DNA from: Alphaproteobacteria bacterium
GTDB lineage: Bacteria > Pseudomonadota > Alphaproteobacteria > JANQMY01
Assembly: GCA_028289425.1 (NCBI GenBank)
Contig: JANQPL010000008.1
Coordinates: forward strand, 30,613 to 94,612
Direction of reading: 5' to 3'
Length of the DNA stretch: 64,000 nucleotides
Each line of letters begins with the position of its first letter. Positions within the stretch are counted from its first letter, which is position 1. The translations under genes were made by a program, and so were the position numbers. Positions 44,252 through 54,111 of this stretch are shown here, piece by piece. The notes under the pieces were generated by a model. That model worked only from the letters and a program-made list of their open reading frames with translations. It did no database searches and was not told where the DNA came from.

Positions 44252-45372
44252 TGCTTGTAAAACGCGTGCACCGACTCGACGACGTACTCTATTTGCGTTT
44301 CGGTCATGCCATAAAAGAGAGGCAATGACAGGATCTCCAAACCGATCTGCTCGGTGGCAGTGAGCGGTTTTGGAATTCGAGCCGACCCCGCCAAACCGGG
44401 CTGCGCGTGAATTGGATAGGGATAGTGGCGGCCCGTCTGGACGCCGCGGTCCATTAGGAAGCTCTCCAGTTGATCGCGCTGGCCGGTGCGCGCGACGTAT
44501 AAGTGATAGACCGGTTGCGTCCGGTCATCCGTGGCAGGCAGATTCAACGGCAGGTCCGCAAAAGCGTGGCTGTAACGGTCGGCTATTTGGCGGCGGCGGT
44601 CGTTCCATTCGTTCAGAAGCGGAAGTTTGACCGACAACATGGCCGCCTGAATTTCGTCCATGCGCGCGCAGCGCCCAAACTCGAGTTCTGCGAACTGAGG
44701 TTTTGTCCAACCATAAGTACGCAGTCGCTTAACCCGTTCCGATAGATCTTTGCTGGACGTAACGACGCATCCGGCATCGCCGATCGCGCCAAGGTTTTTT
44801 GTGGGATAGAAACTGAAGCAGCCAAGGTCACCGAACGTACCCACAGAGCGGCCATCGTATTTCGCCCCGGCCGCCTGTGCGCAGTCTTCGACCAGCGCGA
44901 TGCGCTGCGAACGGCAGACCGACAATAGCGCCTCTAGATTGGCGGGCCGTCCATAAAGATGAACCGCGATTGCGGCCTTCACCGCCGGACCCATCGCCTG
45001 CTCCACCGCTCGGGGATCCAGATTGAAAGACTCATCTTCGACGTCCACCAGGACCGGCGTCGCGCCAACATTCCGGACCGCGGCTGCCGTCGGTCCCGCC
45101 GTGTGAGAGGGCAGGATAACTTCATCGCCCGGCCCGATTCCTAACGCCAGCAGAGCCAGTGTCAGCGCATCGGTGCCCGACGCCGTGCCGATGGCGAAAG
45201 CGCTGCCCACATATTCGGCAAAGGCCCGCTCGAACGCTTCAACTTCAGTACCCAGAATATATCGTCCGCTGCCGATCACCTTAGAGCATGCGCCATTGAG
45301 GGCATCCGCGATGGCGCGGTTGTCAGCAAGCGGGTCAGCGAGCGGAACCTGCAAGAGCGTGTCTTCAGACAT
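44248..45372 (-). CDS. DegT/DnrJ/EryC1-family sugar aminotransferase (FdtB-like)
   Basis: 374 aa. GRYILGTEVEAFERAFAEYVG, GTASGTDALTLAL, PLP-Lys motif SFYPTKNLGAIGDAG. Confidence 0.9.
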   Translation of the reverse strand: MSEDTLLQVPLADPLADNRAIADALNGACSKVIGSGRYILGTEVEAFERAFAEYVGSAFAIGTASGTDALTLALLALGIGPGDEVILPSHTAGPTAAAVRNVGATPVLVDVEDESFNLDPRAVEQAMGPAVKAAIAVHLYGRPANLEALLSVCRSQRIALVEDCAQAAGAKYDGRSVGTFGDLGCFSFYPTKNLGAIGDAGCVVTSSKDLSERVKRLRTYGWTKPQFAELEFGRCARMDEIQAAMLSVKLPLLNEWNDRRRQIADRYSHAFADLPLNLPATDDRTQPVYHLYVARTGQRDQLESFLMDRGVQTGRHYPYPIHAQPGLAGSARIPKPLTATEQIGLEILSLPLFYGMTETQIEYVVESVHAFYKQ

Positions 45373-45426
45373 TAGATGTGAGGCGGATATGTGCTTGAGA
45401 ACAGCAGACGCGGCGACGGCATTCCG

Positions 45427-46311
45427 CTAACTGACGGACTCAAGTAGGTCGAACAGATATGCGCCATATTCGCTGTTCTTTTGTTTTTCGGCGCCGCGCT
45501 TCACGTCTTCCGTCGTGATCCAATTTTTCGATAACGCAATTTCCTCCAAACACGCGATCTGCAGACCTTGCCGGCGTTGAATGGTGGCAACAAAGTTTGC
45601 CGCATCGAGCATGGCCGAAGTGCTGCCCGAATCGAACCAAGCAAACCCGCGTCCCAATTCTTCGACATTGAGCTCGCCCAACTGCATATAGGAGCGGTTT
45701 AGATCGGTGATTTCCAGCTCACCGCGAGACGACGGTTGAAGCGTTTTGGCCATTTCGATGACGCGCTGGTCGTAGAAGTACAGGCCCACCACCGCCTGGT
45801 TCGATTTGGGTTTTGTAGGCTTTTCTTCCAAGGAAATGGCGCGCCCTTTTTCGTCGAACTCCACCACCCCAAATTGGCTGGGATTGTGAACCGGATAGCT
45901 GAAAACCGTCGCACCCGATTGACGTGCCGCCGCGCAGGCAAGGTGGTCAGAGAAGCCTTCGCCGTAGCAAATATTGTCGCCCAAGACCAGCGCACTTAAG
46001 TGGTCGCCAATGAATCGCTCGCCGATGATAAAGGCATCGGCCAAGCCCCTGGGATGATCTTGAACCGCATAGTCGAAACGAAGGCCGAATGCCGACCCAT
46101 CGCCCAGCAAGTTTTGAAAACTGGGCATGTCCCGCGGCGTGGTAATGATCAGAATATCCCGAATGTTGGCCAACATCAGCACCGAGATGGGATAATAGAT
46201 CATCGGTTTGTCGAACACCGGCAGGAGTTGCTTGCTGATGGCATGCGTTACCGGTGACAGGCGTGTCCCCGCGCCGCCGGCGAGAATAATGCCGCGCCGT
46301 TCCATGCTCAT
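45427..46311 (-). CDS. rfbA: Glucose-1-phosphate thymidylyltransferase
   Basis: [67 protein letters not shown] before the ATG at 46311. The track ORF extends to 46359. Confidence 0.93.
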   Translation of the reverse strand: MSMERRGIILAGGAGTRLSPVTHAISKQLLPVFDKPMIYYPISVLMLANIRDILIITTPRDMPSFQNLLGDGSAFGLRFDYAVQDHPRGLADAFIIGERFIGDHLSALVLGDNICYGEGFSDHLACAAARQSGATVFSYPVHNPSQFGVVEFDEKGRAISLEEKPTKPKSNQAVVGLYFYDQRVIEMAKTLQPSSRGELEITDLNRSYMQLGELNVEELGRGFAWFDSGSTSAMLDAANFVATIQRRQGLQIACLEEIALSKNWITTEDVKRGAEKQKNSEYGAYLFDLLESVS

Positions 46312-46393
46312 GAACCGCCTCCCGGAGGCTTGGCGCCAAGCAGTGGTTTCGAAATCCACTTCATCGATCTGATAAGCCTAATGTCGTTTTTCC

Positions 46394-47218
46394 TCAACGG
46401 CCTAAGGCGCTGGAAAGGCGCCGCATGGCCCCCCGCCGTTTATCGCGTATCCATATGGCCGCGCTTCCCAAGGGGCCGCTAATGTCGTCAATGAGCCCAC
46501 GGCGCTTTTTGGCGATGTAGGAATGGGTGACCGCACAAAGTTCTTCTTTGGTATAGCCTCGTTCAGAAAGCTTTGTGTACAAATCATCGGGAACATCGTC
46601 GAGTGGTTCCATCGCCAAATCGTTGCGCAGCACGACCATGTTGGGAATCTTACGACATACCTCGACATATGTCCCGGCCGGCACCTGATTCATATGCGCA
46701 GGATTCATCATGTAGTTGACATGGCCTTCGATCTTGTCCCGAACGAACGCCTCTTCATCCTGAGAACGGAAAAACTGGATGATGTCATCCTTCGATTTCA
46801 AAAGATGTATCCACGGATAGTCTGCAAACACATCGCCCTTGTGGTGTCCATATCTCGAATTCCAAAGTGGCGCGGCGATGCAATAGATGAAACCGCCGGG
46901 GCGCGTCACCCGCTCAAATTCCTGAAATGCCCGCTCGATGTTCGGAATATGTTCCATCGTGGCGAAGCAATAGACCAGATCGAAGTGTTCCGACGGCAAA
47001 GACATCTCTTCCGCCGATTCAATGTGATACTGGACGTTCGGCGCAGAATAATCCGCACCCGTCCGTTCAATAACGTCCAGCCCGTGAACTTCTCGAGCGC
47101 CCGCCTCCACAAAGTACCGTAGATCCTTGCCCGTATTGCAGCCCACTACCAATACACGCGCCCCTTCCATTTTGAGGAGATCGGCTGCCCTGTTTGCGTG
47201 GACTTGATTGTGGTTCAT
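46394..47218 (-). CDS. Class-I SAM-dependent methyltransferase (MT1)
   Basis: 274 aa. ARVLVVGCNTGKDLRYFVEAGAREVHGLD ... FDLVYCFATMEHIPNIERAFQEFERVTRPGGFI. Inserted between rfbA and rfbB. Confidence 0.8.
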   Translation of the reverse strand: MNHNQVHANRAADLLKMEGARVLVVGCNTGKDLRYFVEAGAREVHGLDVIERTGADYSAPNVQYHIESAEEMSLPSEHFDLVYCFATMEHIPNIERAFQEFERVTRPGGFIYCIAAPLWNSRYGHHKGDVFADYPWIHLLKSKDDIIQFFRSQDEEAFVRDKIEGHVNYMMNPAHMNQVPAGTYVEVCRKIPNMVVLRNDLAMEPLDDVPDDLYTKLSERGYTKEELCAVTHSYIAKKRRGLIDDISGPLGSAAIWIRDKRRGAMRRLSSALGR

Positions 47219-47276
47219 GGGATTGCTGGAGAACGTTCCGCTAAGGGCCGAAACCGTTTAAGGCGCACATAGTCCG

Positions 47277-48320
47277 TTAGCCGGTTCCGATGCGCTTTAG
47301 GTCGTAGCCCTTCGCGGCGATGCGCTTCGTCCAATCCCTATTGTCAAGATACCAAGCGACCGTTGTCCGAAGGCCATCGGCGAAACTGGTCGTGGGCGTC
47401 CAGCCAAACCGGTCGCCCACCAGCGCGTTTGACATAGCGTACCGCATATCGTGTCCGGGCCGGTCTTTCACATAAGTAATGGCATCAGAGTACGTATCGT
47501 GTGCCGGCGCGAGCTCATCCAACAGACCGCACAGCTCGGTGACCGTATCGATGTTCTTGCGCTCATCACCGCCAGAGAAATTGTACACGCCCCCGTCTTC
47601 CCCAGACTTCACCACCCGTTCAAGGCCCATTGCCAAATCGTCCACATAGAGCCAATCCCGAATCTGTACGCCGCGGCCGTATACCGGCAACGGCTGACCG
47701 GCCAGGGCGCTTGAAATCATGTGCGGGATCAGCTTCTCCGGAAACTGCCTTGGTCCGTAGGTATTCGAGGCATGGACGACCGCCGTGGGCAGTCCATGGG
47801 TGACGCGGAAACTGCGGACGAGATGGTCGCCGGCGGCTTTGGAGGCCGCATAGGGGGAATTGGGCGCGTAGTTGCTTTGTTCCGTGAACAGACCATCCTC
47901 GATCGAACCATACACTTCGTCGGTCGACATTTGGACGAACAGGAATTTGCTCTGCTGATCGCTGGCAACGTTTCGCCAATACGCCAAACACTGAGCGAGC
48001 AGGGCGTAAACGGACATCACGTTTGTCTTGAGAAAAGGCTGTGCATCGTCGATCGAGCGATCTACGTGGCTTTCCGCCGCCAGGTTAAACACCACGTTCG
48101 GTTGATGCTCCGACAAAACCCTCTGAACAAGCGCGCCATCACCAATATCGCCGTGGACGAAAACATAATTGTCGGCCTTGGCAACGGACGAAACATTGGC
48201 CACATCACCGGCATAGGTGAGCGCGTCCAGGTTAACCACACGGTAGCCGCTGGCAACAAGACGCTCTACAAAATGCGATCCGATAAATCCGCACCCGCCG
48301 GTCAGCAGGATTGTTTTCAA
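47277..48320 (-). CDS. rfbB: dTDP-glucose 4,6-dehydratase
   Basis: 347 aa. KTILLTGGCGFIGSHFV, AAESHVDRS, YAASKAAGD (YxxxK). The TTG start overlaps the upstream stop (TTGA). Confidence 0.93.
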   Translation of the reverse strand: MKTILLTGGCGFIGSHFVERLVASGYRVVNLDALTYAGDVANVSSVAKADNYVFVHGDIGDGALVQRVLSEHQPNVVFNLAAESHVDRSIDDAQPFLKTNVMSVYALLAQCLAYWRNVASDQQSKFLFVQMSTDEVYGSIEDGLFTEQSNYAPNSPYAASKAAGDHLVRSFRVTHGLPTAVVHASNTYGPRQFPEKLIPHMISSALAGQPLPVYGRGVQIRDWLYVDDLAMGLERVVKSGEDGGVYNFSGGDERKNIDTVTELCGLLDELAPAHDTYSDAITYVKDRPGHDMRYAMSNALVGDRFGWTPTTSFADGLRTTVAWYLDNRDWTKRIAAKGYDLKRIGTG

Positions 48321-49702
48321 GCCGTTCTCCGAATGACCGCATCATCAGACCGGGTTTCCATATCCCCATCGGTCCCGCCCTTGCGCCAAAGTTCGACAGT
48401 CGGCCCCAAGACTTTCTTCAACGCGTCAAGCGAATGGTCGGCTGTATAATCGAGAAATGCCCCCGACTGCCGATCAAAATGCTTCAGCGCCTCCAAAGAT
48501 CGGCAAATGCCGGCGGTGTCGCCTTCTCTGACGGTTGCCCCAAGCTGATAGCGGCGCACGCGTTCGCCCATGAGATGGCGGTCACTCACTAAAATGGGGA
48601 TGTTGAAGTAGGCTGCTTTGGTCAGCACGTTGCTGGAGGCCGGGAAATCACGGTACACGGCGTAAATGACATCCGCCGCCTGTAAGACCGCGTTGTAGTC
48701 GCGCTCATCCTCGATGAATGACGGATGGAAGAGCACATTCTCGGCCGGGTCGGACATCGCTTGTCGGAGTGTCTCTGCCTGCCCGTCAAATTTCTCCAGA
48801 TAGGGCCGGCCGACGACGGCAAAAAAGAACTGAGACGGATCGGCATGCTTCATCACATTGAGTAATTCCAACGTGCCCTTGTGTGGCGCGATCGTACCGA
48901 TTTGCAAAACCACACATCTGCCGCGCGCCCGGTCACGGATGGTTGCAGCCAGGTCTAGGCTGTCGTCGGCAAGCTCCACATCCGCCACATCCGGGATCAG
49001 TGCAAAATCAAGCGCCGGTAGAAGGTCACGATAGGTGCCCAGGGTTTCCGGCACGAGAAACTTGGCGCCCCGCATGCGGGGGCTGAAAAAGTACTTCTCG
49101 GGCCCTGCCTGGCGAAGCCGGTCCGACTTGCGCGCATGGAACAGAATGCCCCCCCACGGCATATTCCAATTCCTTTCGAACTGCGCTAGATCGCGCCGAT
49201 CCTCGGCCATCACGTCGAGATAAAGAAAGAATGCGAGATCGCCGTCGAGCCCGGTCATTTTTTGGGCAAGGCCGACGCGCCTGGAAAAGTCCGCAAACGG
49301 CATTTTCCGAGCGGCCTGCCCCCGTTCGACCCCCAGTCTTCGGGCGAGCGCCGGCGTGTATTCCTTCAAGGCATCAACACCACGCCCGGCAACGCGGTGA
49401 GCTATTCCCGACATCCCTTCTTCCCCAAGCACCATCCGGGCCCGCTGCAGCATGGGAAGGTGCGCCCGCGACCCATGTTCCGGCAGACCGAGCTGTTTGT
49501 CTAAATGGACAGACGAAATGAAATGGAAGCTGGCGGCGTACCCCGGCGCCGTACGGGCCAAGTAATCTTTCGTTCCGCCGTCTTCTGGGGCAATCAGAAC
49601 CACCCGGTGTCCCAGTTCCAGCAACGCCCGGGAATAGAGGCGAGAATAGGCGTCTAAATGTCCGTGTCCGGAAATGGGGCTGATGAGATAGATGGTACTC
49701 AT
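48317..49702 (-). CDS. Putative GT-B glycosyltransferase
   Basis: 461 aa. The C-terminal half looks GT1/GT4-like: VLQIGTIAPHKGTLELLNVMK...FFAVVGRP...YNAVLQAADVIYAVY...SNVLTKAAYFNIPILVSD. The N-terminal half is not recognised. Confidence 0.6.
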   Translation of the reverse strand: MSTIYLISPISGHGHLDAYSRLYSRALLELGHRVVLIAPEDGGTKDYLARTAPGYAASFHFISSVHLDKQLGLPEHGSRAHLPMLQRARMVLGEEGMSGIAHRVAGRGVDALKEYTPALARRLGVERGQAARKMPFADFSRRVGLAQKMTGLDGDLAFFLYLDVMAEDRRDLAQFERNWNMPWGGILFHARKSDRLRQAGPEKYFFSPRMRGAKFLVPETLGTYRDLLPALDFALIPDVADVELADDSLDLAATIRDRARGRCVVLQIGTIAPHKGTLELLNVMKHADPSQFFFAVVGRPYLEKFDGQAETLRQAMSDPAENVLFHPSFIEDERDYNAVLQAADVIYAVYRDFPASSNVLTKAAYFNIPILVSDRHLMGERVRRYQLGATVREGDTAGICRSLEALKHFDRQSGAFLDYTADHSLDALKKVLGPTVELWRKGGTDGDMETRSDDAVIRRTA

Positions 49703-49715
49703 CGGTTACCGACAA

Positions 49716-51161
49716 TCAATGCTGCAACTGAGGAAGATCCACAGAGACAATCGATGCAAAGCGGGTCTTGAACAATGTGCCGTCGCGCGAATCAATCATA
49801 GTCTTTAACTCAGGATAGGCAAAGACGGCATCGAAGTCTTCATGAAATTCGTCCAGTGTCTGGCGCCGCCGAAGGATCGCAAGTTGAATGCAGGCGCGCA
49901 GTTTCGCAAACCCGGCGAGGCCGTTCCCTAGCGCCGCATCGAACGCCCGGATGGCACGTGAATTATCGCCCAGCGCAAAGCCATCCAAACCGTCTAAATA
50001 ATGAAACACACCCGGCATCAACTGTTCGACCCGTGGTGTCAAGGCCCGACGCCGCGCGGATGGGTCGGGAGAGAAAAAGCCAGTCAGATCCTCTGTAGCA
50101 CCTTTGACGTCGCTTTCGGGTTTTTCGATCGCGCTTTGAAGCGGGGACAGGTCCTCGTCAAGACCAAATTGCATTAGGCATCCCAAGCAATCCATGAGGC
50201 GCGATTCCATCCCCGCTTTGCCGGCCGATCGGGTAAACACCATTTCATAAGGAATGGTGTTGAAGAGGCCGGCCGGATAACGCCGGAACATGCGCATCTG
50301 CTGCAACGAAAGGCTCTTGGACAAGTATTGCGACGGCATCCGGACACCCGCCTTGCCGTGTGAATTGAACGACAAAAAGAGTCCGTCGGGGGACAATGTG
50401 CGGTCGATCCAATCTGTATACGCGTCGACTGCCTCGAGATCCATTTCTTGAAGACTGAAGGAATTCAGCACGATGTCGAATTGCGCCTTGATATTGCCGA
50501 CCGCACCCGGCAGCGCGCCAGCGATGACGCCTGGTCTGAGCGTTGAGATCTGGCCCGCTCCCATCTCGACAGCTTGGATCGGGCGGTCAAGAACCGCGGA
50601 TAAATAAGGGACCGACAGGCAAAGATTCTCTGGAAGGTCGACGATTGCATAATGCTCAACATCAAGGAGTTGATGGAGGAGATGAGCGGCCAAGCCCCAG
50701 CCGGCACCGATTTCCAAGATCCGAAGGGGCCTGCCGGCAAGACCCAGTTCGCGAGCAAGCGCGCCCACCCGCAGGGCCGTTACGGAATTTGTCCAGAAGG
50801 CGGCACTGCGCACGATGCCCGCGTGTTCAAACACGTAAGGCGCCCCGAGCGGGGATTCGTCGAGCTGCGCGACCTCCCGGGGATCCACACTTTGGCGATA
50901 GATTTCAAATGCCCGCGCCGCATGGGCCGCCTCTTTGTCTGCACCGCCTTGCCGTTCGTCCGCCATGCCATGGCCGAAATCAGCACGGCGAAATCCGACA
51001 AACTGATTGACATCCGGAAAATTCGACCGCTTGTCGAAGATGCGCCCCCAAAAGGAAGATGTGCGGCCAAAGACGGTTTTGGCGGAGTTGGCGCCATCGG
51101 CTTCAATCAAATCCCGAACCTGGGAAATCGCCGCTTCGAGGGAACTGAGCGATTGAGTCAT
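49716..51161 (-). CDS. SAM-methyltransferase-like protein with helical C-terminal region (MT2)
   Basis: LRILEIGAGWGLAAHLLHQLLDVEHYAIVDLPENL ... FDIVLNSFSLQEM. ATG at 51161 preferred over TTG at 51242. Specificity unknown. Confidence 0.6.
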   Translation of the reverse strand: MTQSLSSLEAAISQVRDLIEADGANSAKTVFGRTSSFWGRIFDKRSNFPDVNQFVGFRRADFGHGMADERQGGADKEAAHAARAFEIYRQSVDPREVAQLDESPLGAPYVFEHAGIVRSAAFWTNSVTALRVGALARELGLAGRPLRILEIGAGWGLAAHLLHQLLDVEHYAIVDLPENLCLSVPYLSAVLDRPIQAVEMGAGQISTLRPGVIAGALPGAVGNIKAQFDIVLNSFSLQEMDLEAVDAYTDWIDRTLSPDGLFLSFNSHGKAGVRMPSQYLSKSLSLQQMRMFRRYPAGLFNTIPYEMVFTRSAGKAGMESRLMDCLGCLMQFGLDEDLSPLQSAIEKPESDVKGATEDLTGFFSPDPSARRRALTPRVEQLMPGVFHYLDGLDGFALGDNSRAIRAFDAALGNGLAGFAKLRACIQLAILRRRQTLDEFHEDFDAVFAYPELKTMIDSRDGTLFKTRFASIVSVDLPQLQH

Positions 51162-51271
51162 GCTGCTGTGAACTTGCTTACGCCAAATTGTTGCGCGTTC
51201 TAATAGTGAAGTTTTGAGATTTCTTGGAGAACCAGTCGGCAAGTGCGCGACGACGATTGCTTAGCACTGCG

Positions 51272-52168
51272 TCATTGCCGAACTTGATCCGTCTTAGCGT
51301 TCGTTTTGGTATCGGCTTTGGTCCTTAGCCGCAATTCTGCACCAGGCACCATTGGGACAAACTTGTCGATCAGTGTCTCGCTTAGCTGGAAGTCATAATA
51401 ATAGTAGTTTGTGAGTGCGTATCGCTTTCCGTCACTTAGCGGGGCACCACGATGCACACCCGCTGTATTCACCAAGATCGCGGTGCCGGCTGTTGCCGTA
51501 AACGTTTTCTTCCTTAAAAACCCCTGAGCGACAAGGTCGTTCACACGGTCATCGTCCATCCTGCTCTCCGGCGGTCCCTCAAGGCGGTTTAGTCCCGCAT
51601 CCATAACCACGCGCCAGAACTTGTGACTGCCGACCAAATATTCGAATGGCCCGTTCTCGTAGGTCACATCACAGAGATATATTATTGCTTTGAACTGATA
51701 GGCGAATGCGTCGCGATGCCAGCCTTCGCCCGACCCAATGTTGCCCGCTTGCGATTCTATGCGCGCTCCCAGCGTCGCCAGATTGAAAAGTGCACCTGCA
51801 CCCAATGTTTCACCAACCGACCGTAAAAACCTGTCTTCGTGGAATTCGCGCAGCAACTTGCTTTGTGCTTCGACACCAAACATTCGTTGGTCAGCCCCTC
51901 GTGAGAAGTGGCGCACCGCATTTGGATACTCAGCAAGAAGACGATCAATCTCCCGCGTTCCGGCCTCACACTTCCGCGGTGGCCAATAATTCTTGATGAC
52001 AGCATATCCCACCGTACGCAGGTCGTTCAGCAGCGAAGACCGATTCGGTGCCGGAGGAGGAGGCGGGTCGCCTTCCTTATCTGATCCAACAGGCTGCCGT
52101 AAACTCGCATGAGAACGGTCGATGGCGCGCCAGTGCTTCGCCGCCGATATCGCCTTTGTCAACATCAT
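51272..52168 (-). CDS. PhyH-like Fe(II)/2-oxoglutarate dioxygenase
   Basis: 298 aa. Facial-triad-like GWHRDAF (HxD) and distal AGVHRGAP. N-terminal poly-Pro DPPPPPAP. Confidence 0.65.
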   Translation of the reverse strand: MMLTKAISAAKHWRAIDRSHASLRQPVGSDKEGDPPPPPAPNRSSLLNDLRTVGYAVIKNYWPPRKCEAGTREIDRLLAEYPNAVRHFSRGADQRMFGVEAQSKLLREFHEDRFLRSVGETLGAGALFNLATLGARIESQAGNIGSGEGWHRDAFAYQFKAIIYLCDVTYENGPFEYLVGSHKFWRVVMDAGLNRLEGPPESRMDDDRVNDLVAQGFLRKKTFTATAGTAILVNTAGVHRGAPLSDGKRYALTNYYYYDFQLSETLIDKFVPMVPGAELRLRTKADTKTNAKTDQVRQ

Positions 52169-52195
52169 TTTCCCGACGCCTTCAAACGAAGCATC

Positions 52196-52966
52196 TCATC
52201 CAATTCGCCGAAATGCGTAGAATGTAAACCAGGCTTCGCGCCATGCCCCGAATGCATCGACCGGGACGATATCTTGATGTGCCCCGCCGCCCTGCCAATT
52301 GTTCCGCCTTCCCAATATGTCGTAACCCGAACTAATTGTTTCAACGCTACCGGCATCCTCGAACAGTGAAGCAATACCAACATGTGAAAAACGGAAATAA
52401 TCGTCAGGAGACTGATGGTATCTTAAGGAAAACGGAACAATTATAACTCCGACGCCGCCCAACTGCAGAAGGTTGTAGATGTTCTTGGCCGCCTGCCACG
52501 GTTTTCTAAGATGCTCGAAGACATTGTTGGAGTAGGCCACTGCAACACTTTCTTTGTGAATAGGAATCGAGTCTTCAAACCGTTCGTCGCAAATATCCGC
52601 TTCAAAAATATTGCGTGAGGGTTCGCTATACATATCGATTCCCGCATATTCGAACTTGTTATCGAACAGTGTCCTATTTTGGCGGTACAGCTCTTCGCTG
52701 TAGTCGAAATTCCCCTTGTTTCCGAGCAAGTATGCCAGCTTTCCATCACCGCATCCTATCTCGACGAATTTTCCCGGGGGTGTGTTTTCGTCAAAAACAA
52801 TATCTCGCGCTTTAGCTTCTTTGTTGATGTCCGTGTTCACGGCATTGGACGTTGCCTCGAAATTGCCGAGCTGTCTGTGACGATCGAAGATGAGTCTGCC
52901 ATCAGGCAGACTGAGGGCAGCTTCATTAAGACGTTTATTTCCGTTCACCGTCGCGATGAATCGCAA
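52196..52966 (-). CDS. Class-I SAM-dependent methyltransferase (MT3)
   Basis: 256 aa. FVEIGCGDGKLAYLL ... VAVAYSNNVFEHLRKPWQAAKNIYNLLQLGGVGVI. TTG start, start uncertain. Confidence 0.72.
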   Translation of the reverse strand: MRFIATVNGNKRLNEAALSLPDGRLIFDRHRQLGNFEATSNAVNTDINKEAKARDIVFDENTPPGKFVEIGCGDGKLAYLLGNKGNFDYSEELYRQNRTLFDNKFEYAGIDMYSEPSRNIFEADICDERFEDSIPIHKESVAVAYSNNVFEHLRKPWQAAKNIYNLLQLGGVGVIIVPFSLRYHQSPDDYFRFSHVGIASLFEDAGSVETISSGYDILGRRNNWQGGGAHQDIVPVDAFGAWREAWFTFYAFRRIG

Positions 52967-53080
52967 AATTTGGAAAAAGTTGGCCAGTGAAATCAGAGTT
53001 GGCTCCCGTTCAAATCTCGGTGCTTGGGGTTCGGTGTATCACTTATCGTCGGCTTGACACGCAAATGGCCTGTCTCGGAG

Positions 53081-54091
53081 TTAGAGGCAACGTGTTGCTT
53101 CGTACATACGCATCGGATAGGCGCCGCACTCCAGTAGTTTTTCTCTCGAGCAGTTGAGGAGCCAGGGCTGTACTTGAACGGAAAAACCCACGCTTTCCAA
53201 TCTCTGTCCAAAATCCCACCCGTACTGTCTGACATGGCCGTCATGGGACTCATCCGAAACCAACCATTCGGCGGTTTCTTCTCGATGCGTTGCTTGCGGA
53301 ACAGACAAGTTGGCAACACCCCCCGGGACCAAAATACGAAACATCTCCCGCATCGCGGAAATGTCATCAAGTACATGCTCCAATACACGATGGCAGAGAA
53401 TCACATCGAATGACCGATCTGGTATCGGCAACTCGGTAATGTCGGCTGCTATATCCGCACCACTCCCCAGAGACGTCTCCATGACATGATAACTGCAATT
53501 GGCTTGCAACCATCCACGCGGCTCAGGCTCGGGCGCGATATGCAGCACTTTCTTTCCGCGGATGAGGCGATCATTTTGTTTGAGATAAAGCAGAAGGCTT
53601 GCGCCTCGAGACGGTTTGTTCCAGCTCAACGTGACATGATGCGCACCATACATCCGCTCTAGTTCTTGAGTTTGGTTGTTAAGTTCACCTGACCACCTTG
53701 GATGGTCCTTAAGCACCTGAGCCCGATCGGGCATTCCGTCCGTGAGATTGCTTATTGCAATGAGCTCGTCGACTCTGCTCGCAAGATCTGGTGCATCTTG
53801 CTTCAACTGGGTAAGAATCGACCGCGTGTAAGGCCCACGGGCCTCGCTACGCACTAACGGTACATAGGCATTAAAAAACCGGAGTAATGCGTCGGCGTTC
53901 TGCACTGTGGGCTGGAGCTCAAATGCCTTTAGTTCCGGCACCCTGGCAAGAAGTGCCAACGCATGCCGAAAAACAATGTTAGGTGAGTCGGAAGGAGGCG
54001 CGGCGTCCTCCTGTCTTGGAATCTCACTTGCGAAAAACTGTCTTTTGACAGCTCCTATCCGCCGCCTTAATGCTCTTACCAACCTAATCAC
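53081..54091 (-). CDS. Two-domain protein: N-terminal helical region plus C-terminal SAM methyltransferase (MT4)
   Basis: 336 aa, GTG start. C-terminus KVLHIAPEPEPRGWL ... FDVILCHRVLEHVLDDISAMREMFRILVPGGVANL. The roughly 170-aa N-terminal part is not recognised. Confidence 0.68.
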   Translation of the reverse strand: MIRLVRALRRRIGAVKRQFFASEIPRQEDAAPPSDSPNIVFRHALALLARVPELKAFELQPTVQNADALLRFFNAYVPLVRSEARGPYTRSILTQLKQDAPDLASRVDELIAISNLTDGMPDRAQVLKDHPRWSGELNNQTQELERMYGAHHVTLSWNKPSRGASLLLYLKQNDRLIRGKKVLHIAPEPEPRGWLQANCSYHVMETSLGSGADIAADITELPIPDRSFDVILCHRVLEHVLDDISAMREMFRILVPGGVANLSVPQATHREETAEWLVSDESHDGHVRQYGWDFGQRLESVGFSVQVQPWLLNCSREKLLECGAYPMRMYEATRCL

Positions 54092-54111
54092 GTGCGCTAG
54101 AAATACGTATC

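Noticed and set aside
46328-46341. Perfect 14-bp palindrome GCTTGGCGCCAAGC upstream of rfbA
   Set aside because: It is short, occurs only once and has no loop for an RNA hairpin. It could be an operator, but nothing supports that.
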